Below are positions 20,597-29,174 of a stretch of 64,000 bases of DNA, in pieces. Position numbers and translations under genes: made by a program. Below the pieces are notes generated by a model that saw only the letters and a program-made list of their open reading frames with translations, did no database searches and was not told the origin of the DNA. Location of the stretch: positions 1,024,001 to 1,088,000 of the forward strand of contig CAWDTA010000002.1 in NCBI GenBank assembly GCA_963805085.1. Reading direction: 5' to 3'. Every line of letters starts with the position of its first letter. The stretch's first letter is position 1. This DNA is from an uncultured Veillonellaceae bacterium (GTDB lineage Bacteria > Bacillota > Negativicutes > JARBTT01).

Positions 20597-21910
20597 GTGC
20601 CAGAAATTGATTTTAAGGTAGTAATTTTTAATTCTTTTCCTGAAGCGATGGTATTAGCATGGTTAAGCCTGTCGCTTTTAGGGATAAGGCCACGTTTTTA
20701 CCAAATACTATTGATCGGATGTTTACAGACCGTTTTTGTTATGATTCTTTATTTTGTTATTGGGAAATTGATTCCCATCCCTTTTGGTGTTCATACAATA
20801 ATGCAATTGGCTTGTTTGGCTGGAATAATACACGTTGTCACAAGGATTCCTTATAACAGCAGTTGCTTGGCTACTTTGTTCGGAATTAGTATTTATTGCT
20901 GTATTGATTGTTGGGTGACGCCAATATGTGTTTATATTTGGGGACAGTCTCTTGTCGATTTCGCAAATAACTGGTGGATGCGAATGTCTTATTTCACTTT
21001 GCAAATGTTCATTAATATAATGATTATTTTTTTGATTCGCAAGTTTAGTCTTTGGTTACCAGACGGAGCAGACTCTGGGCGTAGCAAAACGTTGCTAGGA
21101 TTGGCCGGGCTGTTGGCTACGCAAACGTTAATAATAGATTTTTTTTGTTGGAAATATTATCTGGCTTATGCGGATGCTTTTAAGGCGCCCATACATTTAT
21201 ATTTTGTTTTAATAAACGCAATCTTACCGTTGATTACGATGGTTATTATCAGGCAATTCATGGGGTTTATTCGTCGGGAAGTAGAAGATAAGACGCAACT
21301 CGATACGCTTAGTCATGTGGAAGGACTGCTGTATACAATGCGAACGCAGCGTCACGATTTTAGCCATGAATTACAGGTGATTTACGGTTTGTTGCAAGTA
21401 GAGGAGTATCAAGAAGCCCTAAATTATTTAAAAAAGAGTGTGACCGAGGTTGCTGCGACTTCAGAATTGGTCAAAACCGATAATCTTGGTGTCACGGCAT
21501 TGCTCTACACGAAGACTGGCTTGGCAGAAGCCCGCAAAATTACTTTGCATATTACCGTGGAAACGAGTTTGAAACAAGCTCCCTTAGAAGCAAGGGATAT
21601 CAATGTGATTCTGGGTAACCTGATTGACAATGCCATGGATGCGGTGGAAAAATTGCCAATACCAGAAAGGCAGGTGTCAGTTACCATTGGGCTGGGAATA
21701 GACGGGTACATATTGGAAGTACAAAACTATGGAGCACCAATTCCACCAGCTATAATTGGCAAAATATTTATGCCCGGTGTTTCGTCGAAAGGACAGGGGC
21801 ACGGCATGGGATTATACAGCATTCAAAAGCTTGTAAGTAAATACAATGGTAAAATCAAGGTGAAAAGCGATAACAATGGTACTTCTTTTCATGTCGTGAT
21901 TCCGGAGTAA
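20597..21910 (+). CDS. agrC: AgrC/VirS-like multi-TM sensor histidine kinase (GHKL)
   Basis: About six N-terminal TMs; H-box RTQRHDFSHELQV; N-box LGNLIDNAMDA; G-box GHGMGLYSI; adjacent to agrB, agrD and a LytTR regulator. Confidence 0.82.
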   Translation: MPEIDFKVVIFNSFPEAMVLAWLSLSLLGIRPRFYQILLIGCLQTVFVMILYFVIGKLIPIPFGVHTIMQLACLAGIIHVVTRIPYNSSCLATLFGISIYCCIDCWVTPICVYIWGQSLVDFANNWWMRMSYFTLQMFINIMIIFLIRKFSLWLPDGADSGRSKTLLGLAGLLATQTLIIDFFCWKYYLAYADAFKAPIHLYFVLINAILPLITMVIIRQFMGFIRREVEDKTQLDTLSHVEGLLYTMRTQRHDFSHELQVIYGLLQVEEYQEALNYLKKSVTEVAATSELVKTDNLGVTALLYTKTGLAEARKITLHITVETSLKQAPLEARDINVILGNLIDNAMDAVEKLPIPERQVSVTIGLGIDGYILEVQNYGAPIPPAIIGKIFMPGVSSKGQGHGMGLYSIQKLVSKYNGKIKVKSDNNGTSFHVVIPE

Positions 21911-21962
21911 TTAGAGATTAACAAGTTACAAGTGTTAATGATTTTGGATGGAGATGAGAAAT

Positions 21963-22604
21963 ATGAGAGATTTAAGAAGTGTTGCCGAAGATACGGCGCA
22001 TTATTTGGGGGCGGAATTGCACCTTGATACTAAAGAAACGGCGGCGATACGGTTCGGACTAGAATCGCTTTTGGACTTCATTATTAATCTTGGGGCTATA
22101 ATTGGTGTTGCCTGGTGGATGGGAATTACGTCGTACGTTTTGGCAGTTTTGGTTCCATCAAGTTTGTTACGACTTGTTTCTGGGGGGGCTCACTGTTCTA
22201 CTTTTTTGCGTTGCTTAGTTCTGAGTTTGGCTATTATGATCGGTTTTGGCCAGTTGGCTGCTAAAATAATGATATCGCAATCCTTACTTTACGCTTTAAT
22301 TGTTTTTTTAGCCGCTAGTGGAGTGTACACCATACATAACTGGGTACCAGCCGATACGCCAGCAAAACCGATTGTTTCAACTAGGAAAAGAGCGATGTAT
22401 AGGAAAATTTCTTATATCTATATGGCTATTTGGACAGTTGCGATGAGCGGGCTAACCTCTTGGGGAGAGTCGGTTTCGGGGGTCGCTTTCGCGAGTATAG
22501 GGGGAGTTGGCTGGCAAATTTTTAGTATTACGCCTGCTGGTTATCACTTCGTTGCTATAATGGAGAAGTTGGTTGATAAAACAATAGTGCTTTTTAAACA
22601 ATAA
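21963..22604 (+). CDS. agrB: AgrB-family autoinducing-peptide maturation protease
   Basis: LRLVSGGAHCSTFLRC (catalytic His/Cys motif) and PADTPAKP motif, multi-TM; alternative start at 21948. Confidence 0.92.
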   Translation: MRDLRSVAEDTAHYLGAELHLDTKETAAIRFGLESLLDFIINLGAIIGVAWWMGITSYVLAVLVPSSLLRLVSGGAHCSTFLRCLVLSLAIMIGFGQLAAKIMISQSLLYALIVFLAASGVYTIHNWVPADTPAKPIVSTRKRAMYRKISYIYMAIWTVAMSGLTSWGESVSGVAFASIGGVGWQIFSITPAGYHFVAIMEKLVDKTIVLFKQ

Positions 22605-22678
22605 AATAACCTTTTTGGACAAACATGCGGTCTTTTTTGACAAGAAATATTGTATGTAGTAAATACCTTGTCTATACT
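22590..22678 (+). promoter_or_regulatory. Putative LytTR-binding triple direct repeat plus promoter of agrD-agrA
   Basis: CTTTTTnnACAA at 22590, 22611 and 22632 (21-bp period); then TTGTAT (22650-55), 17 nt, TATACT (22673-78). Confidence 0.7.
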
Positions 22679-22724
22679 TAGGATAGTAATTATTATAACT
22701 TTTAGTCAGAAAGGAGGAGTCAAA

Positions 22725-22892
22725 TTGCTTAATTTTAAACAGAAGATGTTACATTATGCAGTTAATAAACAGAAGATGTTACATTATGCAGCTAAGGCAA
22801 TGCTTGGGGCATCGATTTTATTTTTCCTACCAGCTTGCATGGTTGGTGCATATCAACCACAAGTGCCAGAACATTTATTAGACCATGAATAA
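22725..22892 (+). CDS. agrD: AgrD-type cyclic autoinducer peptide precursor (55 aa, TTG start)
   Basis: RBS AAGGAGG at 22711-17; MLNFKQKMLHYAVNKQKMLHYAAKAMLGASILFFLPACMVGAYQPQVPEHLLDHE has the clostridial A-C-x4-[YH]QP-x-x-P motif; lies between agrB and the LytTR regulator. Confidence 0.88.
   Translation: MLNFKQKMLHYAVNKQKMLHYAAKAMLGASILFFLPACMVGAYQPQVPEHLLDHE
22736..22795 (+). repeat. In-frame 30-bp tandem duplication inside agrD
   Basis: TAAACAGAAGATGTTACATTATGCAG(T/C)TAA twice, 29/30 identical. Confidence 0.95.
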
Positions 22893-22922
22893 TAACATGA
22901 GGGTATAAAAGGTAAATTTCAT

Positions 22923-23672
22923 ATGCTAAAAGTCATTATCGCCGATGATGATCCTTTAATGCGGCGGATTTTAAAACGCGTGCTTACGGAGATTCCAGGA
23001 GTAGATATCGTTGGTGAAGCGGAAGATGGACGGCAGCTCGTTGATATGGTGGAGAAACTGGAACCAGAAGTTATATTCTTGGATGTTGATATGCCAGAAC
23101 TAAACGGCATTGAGGCATCCAAAGAAATCTTTGATGTTAATCCTAATATTTTTCTCATCTTCGCGACTGGTTTTAATTGTTATGCTCGTGAGGCGTTTGA
23201 AGTTTACGCCTTTGATTATCTGACGAAACCTTTTGATTTAGAACGAATTCGGCAAACAATAAACCGTATTGCAGGATTAAAAGCAGAAAAAGAGCAGGTT
23301 GAGTTACTAAAACGCGAAAAGCCGTTGCCTAGAGAAGAGAATCTCAAGCTTAAGGTTCTATCTAATGATAAAAGCACATTTATCAATGTTTCCGATATTA
23401 TATTTATTACCCGGAATGAGCGTAAAACTATGATTTATGTTACAGGAGAGATGGTAGTTCAAACGTATGAGCCACTGCAAAAGTTTGAAGAGTCCTTAAA
23501 AAAACACCGTTTTTTCCGTTGTCACAAGGGATTTATCATTAATCCAGATATGGTGATGGAACTTTCTCCTTGGGGGAATAAAACCTATTTGGTTAAGTTG
23601 GCGAATACAAAAGAAACAGCGTTGATGACCTTGGAACACGCCAAGGAATTTCAGAATCGATATTGTTTATAA
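22923..23672 (+). CDS. agrA: AgrA/VirR-like LytTR response regulator
   Basis: Receiver IIADDD...FLDVDMP...FATG...DYLTKP; LytTR motif FFRCHKGFIIN. Confidence 0.9.
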   Translation: MLKVIIADDDPLMRRILKRVLTEIPGVDIVGEAEDGRQLVDMVEKLEPEVIFLDVDMPELNGIEASKEIFDVNPNIFLIFATGFNCYAREAFEVYAFDYLTKPFDLERIRQTINRIAGLKAEKEQVELLKREKPLPREENLKLKVLSNDKSTFINVSDIIFITRNERKTMIYVTGEMVVQTYEPLQKFEESLKKHRFFRCHKGFIINPDMVMELSPWGNKTYLVKLANTKETALMTLEHAKEFQNRYCL

Positions 23673-23694
23673 ATAGAATACTAGAAGTTGGTTA

Positions 23695-23757
23695 AGTCTC
23701 CTTGGTAGATATATAGTATGTTACTACATGCTTGTATCTGCTAAGGGGATTTTTTTC
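23695..23757 (+). terminator. Terminator after agrA
   Basis: TCTCCTTGGTAGATA ... TATCTGCTAAGGGGA stem followed by T7. Confidence 0.8.
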
Positions 23758-23775
23758 TTTCTGTAAAGCGAATAG

Positions 23776-23863
23776 TTTCATTCATACAAATCGACCTTTT
23801 AATCAGGAAAGTTGCTTTTTCTGACAATATCTATAGAAATAGAGGCAAAATTTTGGTAAAAAT
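23776..23863 (+). promoter_or_regulatory. Putative LytTR-binding triple repeat plus weak promoter of the loaP/BGC operon
   Basis: TTTCATTCA (23776), TTTTAATCA (23797), TTTCTGACA (23818), 21-bp period; extended -10-like TGgTAAAAA at 23854-62, same distance from the last box as in the agrD promoter. Confidence 0.55.
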
Positions 23864-24056
23864 AAGTAGAAACAATAGGAATAATCACTTAAATGTTGTT
23901 ATGCATGTGTAATCAAGCAATGCAAAAAAATTCTCTTGTATTTTTATAGCGGAGGCGCGTGAAAAGGGTCGAGGGAATGTTATAAATTACATTGAATGAG
24001 GGCCGCTTTTTCGTCTTTTAATGGTTCTAGATGATATTTTTTAGGAGGCAATTGTT

Positions 24057-24557
24057 TTGGAATGGTATGTATTGCGTACGGTTTGTGGCAAAGAGGATGC
24101 AACGTTAACTATTTTACGAAAAATGTTTTCTGAAGTCGAGCTTATTTATCCTAGGAGAAGGATCAGTTGGCGTAAGCAAGGTAGTTATATTGATTTAGTA
24201 AGACCATTGTTTGATGGGTATCTGTTTATTTCATATCCGAAAGAGAAAATTAGAGTCTTTGATCAAATATTACGTATGCGTAATTTAAATATTGCTTGGT
24301 TAGTATATAGCGGTGGCGAATTAATCCCGATTTTAAGTGAAGAAAAGCAATTAATTCAAAAACTTATGGGTAGTGATGGAATCGTTGAAGTAAGTACAGT
24401 TGAGAAACAGAATGAACAATTGCAGGTAGTCAACGGGCCACTCGTAGGATTAGAGCATATAGTTACAAAAGTTTCCCGTAGGAATCGGCGTATTACAGTA
24501 GAAATCCCGATGTTAGACGAAGTAAGGAAGATAGAGTTAGAAGGGAATTTAATATAA
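24057..24557 (+). CDS. loaP: NusG-paralogue transcription antiterminator, LoaP-like
   Basis: NGN motifs WYVLRT..GKE and PLFDGYLFI; KOW motif NGPLVGLE..V.KVSRRNRRITV; RBS AGGAGG with TTG start; first gene of a long PKS/NRPS operon. Confidence 0.85.
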   Translation: MEWYVLRTVCGKEDATLTILRKMFSEVELIYPRRRISWRKQGSYIDLVRPLFDGYLFISYPKEKIRVFDQILRMRNLNIAWLVYSGGELIPILSEEKQLIQKLMGSDGIVEVSTVEKQNEQLQVVNGPLVGLEHIVTKVSRRNRRITVEIPMLDEVRKIELEGNLI

Positions 24558-24564
24558 AAGATGG

Positions 24565-24596
24565 AAAGGGGACGCTTTATGGCGTTTCTTTTTTTT
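24565..24596 (+). terminator. Intra-operon intrinsic terminator between loaP and the TEII gene
   Basis: AAAGGGGACGC-TTTATG-GCGTTTCTTT plus a T8 run. Confidence 0.75.
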
Positions 24597-24624
24597 GTAG
24601 TGAAGAATTAGGAGGAAGAGTAGT

Positions 24625-25425
24625 ATGACAGAAATAAGTATAGTAAATAAGTGGATTCCGTATAGAAGACCAAATAAGTATCCGGGGCTACGCCTTTTTT
24701 GTTTTCCTTATGCAGGAGGTAGTGCCTCCGTCTTTCGCGATTGGATTCATTCTTTTCCAAAGGGAATAGACGTTTGCCCCATACAGTACCCTGGAAGGGA
24801 AAAAAGAATATTTGAGGAGTCATTTACTTCAATGGAATGTTTAACGGAGGAGTTATCTAACGTACTACTGCCGGAATTAGATATTCCATTTGCTTTTTTT
24901 GGACATAGCCTAGGTGCCTTGATTAGTTTTGAACTAGCTCGTCGACTTCAACGAAATGGTGTCAGTCCAGTTCATTTATTTATATCTAGTTACCGTGCGC
25001 CTATAATAGCAAGAAGAAAGGCGCCCATGCATTTATTGCCAGATGCTGAGTTTGTAGAGAGATTGCGTGAATATAATGGTACTCCAGATGCCGTACTGCA
25101 AAACAATGAATTGATGAAGCTGCTATTACCTACGCTCAGAGCAGATTTTGCACTTCATGAAACATATGTATACTCAGCTGGCGTTCCATTAACCTGTCCT
25201 ATTTCTGCTTTTGGAGGACTGGAAGATCTAGAGGTCAAAATTAATGATTTGGAATTATGGAAAGACCAGACCACGGGAAATTTTCGACTGCAGATGTTTC
25301 AAGGAGATCATTTTTATATTCATAACAATGATAAAGGTTTAATTAATTCGATAGTTAAAGATATGACTATTGATTATCAAAGAGTTTTGACAAATCAAGA
25401 ATATAGGAATACTCAAAGTAACTAA
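24625..25425 (+). CDS. Type II (editing) thioesterase, RifR/GrsT-like
   Basis: LFCFPYAGGSAS; FFGHSLGA; LPTLRADF; GDHFY. Confidence 0.95.
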   Translation: MTEISIVNKWIPYRRPNKYPGLRLFCFPYAGGSASVFRDWIHSFPKGIDVCPIQYPGREKRIFEESFTSMECLTEELSNVLLPELDIPFAFFGHSLGALISFELARRLQRNGVSPVHLFISSYRAPIIARRKAPMHLLPDAEFVERLREYNGTPDAVLQNNELMKLLLPTLRADFALHETYVYSAGVPLTCPISAFGGLEDLEVKINDLELWKDQTTGNFRLQMFQGDHFYIHNNDKGLINSIVKDMTIDYQRVLTNQEYRNTQSN

Positions 25426-25532
25426 AATTTTATTGCGTAAACACTGTTAATATGAAGGATATCACAAAGTGATAATAGATGATTTAAAATAGCAACATTA
25501 TCTATTTAATCATCATATAAGGAGATTTCAAT

Positions 25533-27233
25533 ATGTTTAAAGGAAAAAGAATTTCATTATTAATACAAATTGTAGGTATGTATATTTTAATTATTGTTTT
25601 GTTTATCTCAACGGCTGTTTTTTCTGTTTATAGTATAGAAGCTATAGACAATGAGATAGATGCAGTTTCAGATCGTACGGTGCCGCGTATGATACAGATG
25701 AAAGAAGCTCAAAATTTATTTACGCGTGCGTTATTAAATATGAGAGGCTTTATACTGTATGCTGATGGATCAGCTTACGAAACTAATTACCGAAATGATA
25801 TTAGCAAAGCGATAAAAGAAGTGCAAGGGTATAGAGAAACTTCAAATGAAAAAGAAACCCAAGTACAAAGTGAAAAAATACTGCAAGAATTACAAGCATA
25901 TCAAATGGTTGGTGACAAAATAATAAATGCTAAAAAAAATAATGCTCCAAATCTTGGTGAGATAACGTCGCAAGGAAGAATTATAGTAGATAGAATTAAT
26001 GATGAATTTATAAAGTTGGCTGGCATACAAACGCAATACTTTAAGGATCAAACAGCTAATATGAATAACGATATGGATAAAACAATTTCAAGAATGCAAA
26101 TGGCTTCCTTAATTATTTCAATTTTGAGTATACTATTAGCATTTTTCTACACGAAAAGATTATTAAAACGTATTTCAGTATTAAATGACGTTATAGTTCA
26201 GATTGGCAGATTAGATTTAACACCTAGCTTATATAAAGTGTCAATTAATGATGAAATTGGTGATATGCTACAACATCTTGAAGAGGCAAAGAAAGGTGTT
26301 TGTCAAACCGTTGTTTATGTTCAAGAGTCAGCGGCTACGTTAGCCGCTTCTTGCGAAGAGTTGACGGCTACAACAGAAGAATTTTTACGGTCTATTGAAT
26401 CGGTTACGACGAATGTAAATGATATTGCTTCTAGCAGTTGTGAATCAGCAACTAGTATTACTGATATTTCGGCAACGATAGAAGAAGTTTCAGCGAGTGC
26501 AGAAGAAATGAGTGCAGGAACAATGCGAATAGAGAAAAATGCGCAAGACGCAGTAACTGAATCGCAAAAAGGTATGAATTTACTAGAAGAAGTAGTAAAT
26601 CAAAATGGGACGATTTCTAATTCTATGGGAAAAATGGGGAAAGCTGCAAATGCTTTAAATAAATCATCGGAAAAAATCAAAATGATTATTGATGTTATTT
26701 CAAATATTGCAGGTCAGACCAATTTACTTGCATTAAATGCTGCCATTGAGGCGGCACGTGCTGGTGAGGCAGGAAGAGGCTTTGCCGTGGTTGCTGAAGA
26801 GGTCAGAAAGCTTGCTGAACAATCTGAGGATTCAACGAAAGAGATTACTATTATTATTAAAGAAATCAGTGATGAAATAAACAATATGTCAGAGTTCTCA
26901 AGCATTGCATCAATTGAAACAGAAAAAGGCAAGGAATTCGCTTTAAATACCAAACAAGGTTTTGAAAAGATTATTGAACAATTAGAAAAAATTAGTGATA
27001 GCATCAAAGACATGTCTCATGCCTCGGAAGGAATTGCGCAAGGAACACAAGATACTGCTGGAAGTATACAAGCGATTAGCGAAACGGCTTCGTCTACTTC
27101 TAGTAAAACGCAAACGGTAGCAGCTGCTTCAGAGGAGCAGACAGCTAGCATGACAGAAGTGGCTAGGAGCATTGATCAACTAGCTAAATTAGCCATGAAA
27201 ATGAATGAAGAGATAGGCAAATTTAAAATTTAG
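25533..27233 (+). CDS. Methyl-accepting chemotaxis protein with four-helix-bundle-type sensor, embedded in the BGC
   Basis: TM, ~150-aa helical sensor (MRGFILY), TM, HAMP (NDEIGDM), MCP motif [26 protein letters not shown]. Confidence 0.92.
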   Translation: MFKGKRISLLIQIVGMYILIIVLFISTAVFSVYSIEAIDNEIDAVSDRTVPRMIQMKEAQNLFTRALLNMRGFILYADGSAYETNYRNDISKAIKEVQGYRETSNEKETQVQSEKILQELQAYQMVGDKIINAKKNNAPNLGEITSQGRIIVDRINDEFIKLAGIQTQYFKDQTANMNNDMDKTISRMQMASLIISILSILLAFFYTKRLLKRISVLNDVIVQIGRLDLTPSLYKVSINDEIGDMLQHLEEAKKGVCQTVVYVQESAATLAASCEELTATTEEFLRSIESVTTNVNDIASSSCESATSITDISATIEEVSASAEEMSAGTMRIEKNAQDAVTESQKGMNLLEEVVNQNGTISNSMGKMGKAANALNKSSEKIKMIIDVISNIAGQTNLLALNAAIEAARAGEAGRGFAVVAEEVRKLAEQSEDSTKEITIIIKEISDEINNMSEFSSIASIETEKGKEFALNTKQGFEKIIEQLEKISDSIKDMSHASEGIAQGTQDTAGSIQAISETASSTSSKTQTVAAASEEQTASMTEVARSIDQLAKLAMKMNEEIGKFKI

Positions 27234-27324
27234 ATATAGACTGATTTAAAGATTGGATGATGCAAGAATTTGAGTTGAAAGAATTGGCAAATAAAAAATC
27301 ATGAGTCATAAATAGAAGTAAAGT

Positions 27325-27350
27325 AAACGCCTTAAGGCGTTTTCTTTTTT
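27325..27350 (+). terminator. Intra-operon intrinsic terminator before the FAAL gene
   Basis: AAACGCC-TTAA-GGCGTTT followed by TCTTTTTT; sequence-similar to the 24572-24596 terminator. Confidence 0.8.
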
Positions 27351-27380
27351 ATGAAAAATATAAACTTTGGAGGTTAATTC

Positions 27381-29174
27381 ATGGAAAAGGCAGTTATTGA
27401 TTCAGTGGATAAAATTTTTACTTTAGTGGAACTTCTTCAATATAGGGCTCTTAAAAACTCTGAAAAAAGAATCTATACTTTTTTAGCAAACGGTGAAACA
27501 GAAGCTAGCTATTTAACGTATAAAGAATTGGACCTGCGGGCCAGAGCGGTTGGGGCTTATTTACAAAGTCTTAATTTGCAAGGGGAGCGTGCGTTACTGC
27601 TTTATCCTGCTGGATTAGATTATATCGTTGCTTTTATGGGGTGTCTGTATGCTGGAGTTATTGCAGTACCTGCTTATCCGCCACGGCTTAATCGAAATTT
27701 ATTAAGACTCCAGAATATTGTACAGGATTCAAAAGCGCAGGCAGTATTAACTACTTCAGCGATTATAGCAAAGTTTGAGCCTATGATTGTGCAGACACAA
27801 GGGTTATCTGAAGCGCAGTGGCTAACAACAGACAACCTTAATACGACAATTGCAAGCTTATGGCAGGAGCCGTCAATAACAGAAAATACGTTGGCGTTTC
27901 TCCAATATACCTCTGGTTCAGTAGGAGCACCAAAGGGAGTTATGGTAAGCCATGGGAATGTTCTTAATAATGAAAAGATGATTAAAACAGCTTTTGAACT
28001 TCATGCGAACAGTGTTATTGTAGGTTGGCTGCCTATTTATCATGACATGGGGCTAATGGCCAACGTACTTCAACCTCTTTATTCCGGTAGCTCTTATGTT
28101 TTTATGTCACCAGTTGATTTTTTACAAAAACCATATCGTTGGCTAAAGGCGATTTCTGATTATAAGGGGACTTTCTGCGGAGCACCAAATTTTGCTTATG
28201 ATTTATGCATTCATAAAATTACTGATGAGCAAAAGAAAACGCTGGATTTAAGTTCCTGGAAAGTAGCTTTCAATGGAGCTGAACCTGTTCGTTATGAAAC
28301 TCTTGAACAATTTGTGACTGCTTTTGAACCAGTCGGATTTAGGCGGGAAGCTGTTTGTCCATGTTACGGTATGGCCGAAACTACGCTAATGATTTCTGGA
28401 GGAGCGGTAAGCGAACCTTTTGTATACAAGATGTTCAGCGCGCAGGATCTGGAAAAAAATATTGTCTCTATTGGCAATAATCAGGAGAAGGATCATGTTC
28501 TAGTTGGCTGCGGGCATGCTTGGTTGGATCATAAGTTTACGATCACTGATCCTGAGACATTAGTTCGGTGCGCGCCTGATAAAGTAGGAGAAATATGGAT
28601 TTCTGGTTCTAGTGTTACGCAGGGCTATTGGGAAAAAACTGATATTACAAAAAATGTTTTCCAAGCATATCTAGCTGATAGTGGTGAGGGCCCTTTTTTT
28701 AGAACTGGGGATCTTGGCTTTATTCATGATGGTGAGCTTTTTGTTACAGGACGTCTTAAAGACCTCATAATCGTACGTGGAACAAATCATTACCCACAAG
28801 ATATAGAACTAACAGTTGAACAATGTCATGAAGCAATCCGTCCTGGATGCTGCGCAGCTTTTTCTATAGACGTTGACGGTGAGGAATGTTTGGGTATCGT
28901 TGCTGAGATCGAACGGCGGTATCGACCTCGCGTGTATAAGAATCAGGACGATACTAATAGACAAGAAATCGGTCAAAACAAAATCATAGAAGAAATTTAT
29001 ATGGCGATTAAGAAGAGTGTATTTAATAGTCACGAGCTTCAAATTCATGAAATATTGCTACTCAAACCAGGCAGTATTCCGAAAACTTCAAGCGGAAAAA
29101 TTCAACGGTATGCCTGTCGTAAGGGATTATTGGACGGAACGCTGGGGGCTGAAAGGGGAATTGTTAATGGATAA
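27381..29174 (+). CDS. Fatty acyl-AMP ligase (FAAL)
   Basis: AFLQYTSGSVGAPKGVMVSH; WLPIYHDMGL; PNFAYDLC; FNGAEP; CYGMAE; FRTGDLGF; GRLKDLII.RG.NHYPQDIE; PKTSSGKIQR. Confidence 0.95.
   Translation: MEKAVIDSVDKIFTLVELLQYRALKNSEKRIYTFLANGETEASYLTYKELDLRARAVGAYLQSLNLQGERALLLYPAGLDYIVAFMGCLYAGVIAVPAYPPRLNRNLLRLQNIVQDSKAQAVLTTSAIIAKFEPMIVQTQGLSEAQWLTTDNLNTTIASLWQEPSITENTLAFLQYTSGSVGAPKGVMVSHGNVLNNEKMIKTAFELHANSVIVGWLPIYHDMGLMANVLQPLYSGSSYVFMSPVDFLQKPYRWLKAISDYKGTFCGAPNFAYDLCIHKITDEQKKTLDLSSWKVAFNGAEPVRYETLEQFVTAFEPVGFRREAVCPCYGMAETTLMISGGAVSEPFVYKMFSAQDLEKNIVSIGNNQEKDHVLVGCGHAWLDHKFTITDPETLVRCAPDKVGEIWISGSSVTQGYWEKTDITKNVFQAYLADSGEGPFFRTGDLGFIHDGELFVTGRLKDLIIVRGTNHYPQDIELTVEQCHEAIRPGCCAAFSIDVDGEECLGIVAEIERRYRPRVYKNQDDTNRQEIGQNKIIEEIYMAIKKSVFNSHELQIHEILLLKPGSIPKTSSGKIQRYACRKGLLDGTLGAERGIVNG

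Noticed and set aside
20597-21910. Sporulation phosphotransferase Spo0B or CitA-type kinase
   Set aside because: The H-box is Spo0B-like, but the multi-TM sensor, intact ATPase domain and agrB/agrD/LytTR context indicate an AgrC-type receptor.
22650-22724. ORF-track 80-aa version of agrD
   Set aside because: The extension spans the predicted promoter and RBS; AAGGAGG points to the TTG at 22725.
22736-22795. 30-bp repeat as a mini CRISPR array
   Set aside because: Only two abutting copies, no spacer, in frame within agrD, and no cas genes in the window.
29017-29166. ORF-track N-terminal extension of the PKS/NRPS
   Set aside because: Overlaps the FAAL by 158 nt in another frame; RBS-supported ATGs exist at 29167 and 29206.
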